Shown here in pieces: positions 62,898 through 64,000 of a DNA stretch of 64,000 nucleotides. Both the position numbers and the translations under genes were made by a program. This DNA is from Botryllus schlosseri. Lineage: Eukaryota. The notes beneath the pieces are model-generated. The model was not told the DNA's origin, made no database searches, and was given only the letters and a program-made list of their open reading frames with translations. Position 1 is the first letter of the stretch. Each line of letters begins with the position of its first letter. The DNA lies in contig CM119372.1 in assembly GCA_051294905.1 (NCBI GenBank), forward strand, positions 26,476,001 to 26,540,000, read 5' to 3'.

Positions 62898-64000
62898 GCA
62901 TGAAGCCTCAATAGTTACATGAGTGGGGTGACTAGACAAAGAACACAGTGACATTTGCAGCATATCATGAATGTCTCTTACTATATGTGATCTTGTTCAA
63001 ATGGAGGTTGATGAAAGCGTATTTCCCATTCTTTCCGACTCTGCTATAATTTCACCAGACTGGCAACCTTCTTCATGATGCTTTTTGCTGACTGACCAAT
63101 ATTGTCGCCGCCAACGGTACGAGTGCAAATGTCTGATATGTCAATATAGGAACAGAATTAGTTGACTGTTCATGACCGTCCACGTTCAGAGTTGCATCTC
63201 AAAGATGCTAAAATAAGCCTAAATATAATCCAAGCAATACGATCGTCCACTTTGACTGACTGAATTTCTAAAAATAATAAACATAACACCTTGATAGCTT
63301 CCACATCTTACACTTATATATACCGTCTGCTATCGGCAAACATTTGAAAAGAACAAAACAGATTCAACATACCAAATCTCTTGCAAAGGCTTTTGCTTTC
63401 ATTCAATATGTCATCAAACTTCTTTAAATCCTCCTTTGTGGTGAGTGGCTTCGTTTTATCATATACAATCTATGGCGGAATAAAGGTTTCGGATAAGTTC
63501 TAAAACGAACACAATTTTCCACACAAAAGTCAATCGCCACACGAAATGCCAAATGCTACGGTGCCATTTTACAGGAGAGAGAGAGAGAGAAATATTTATT
63601 GATTCGTCCAACCGAAACGAAAATAACATTGGCGCATGAAATTATAACAAGATACTTAACGGTGTAGGACAGGGTGTAATCGATATGACTCTGGGTAGGG
63701 TCAACTAGTCTGATCACACCCTGCATTAACAGTGACAGATATTCTTTATAAATTTGGTTGCAGTTGCAAGGTATGGCGAGGTAGTGGTGCGTTCCATTAT
63801 AACTAAACACCAATGAATTGCGCGTTTGAGCCTGACACGACTCCATAATTCCTACCGAAGTGTTGGCCGTTTATCTAGGCTCCTCCTCGCCATCTGATCC
63901 GCATAGCCATGTCTTAAAAAGCCTAGGAGTGGGCCGTGCTAGAAGTGGGCAGATGGTTGCCGATGAGCTCGGCACTTGGTGAATTCGGCCCTCGGGAAAT

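Noticed and set aside
60300..64000. Host protein-coding exons
   Set aside because: Only short ORFs without recognisable domains, so no gene call can be supported.

Overview
Repeat-rich eukaryotic DNA, probably from an invertebrate metazoan, with no ordinary host gene recognised. A 159-bp satellite array (4.4-12.6 kb and 44.2-52.0 kb) is interrupted by one 31.7-kb insertion (12578-44239). The insertion has GGAAC/GTACC termini and an 8-bp target-site duplication (AAGATTTC). Read on the minus strand from its 5' end it carries: an intact Merlin/IS1595-type DDE transposase; a class I fusion (env-like) glycoprotein; a paralogous mucin-stalked glycoprotein; a decayed region; a nested Utopia-like (U2-tagged) RLE non-LTR retrotransposon; a nested foldback MITE; and a gag-(-1 frameshift)-protease-RT-RNase H cassette of Ty3/gypsy type. 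I found no integrase core and no LTRs. The best reading is an enveloped, reverse-transcribing virus-like element that integrates with a DNA-transposon transposase, or else a giant cargo-carrying Merlin. The first 2.8 kb of the window is an inverted copy of 50.0-52.6 kb. The right end holds a decayed Kolobok-like transposon (THAP transposase plus a convergent KolX/P2X7-ballast-like gene) containing several hAT MITEs. All family assignments come from motif recognition by eye, not database searches.
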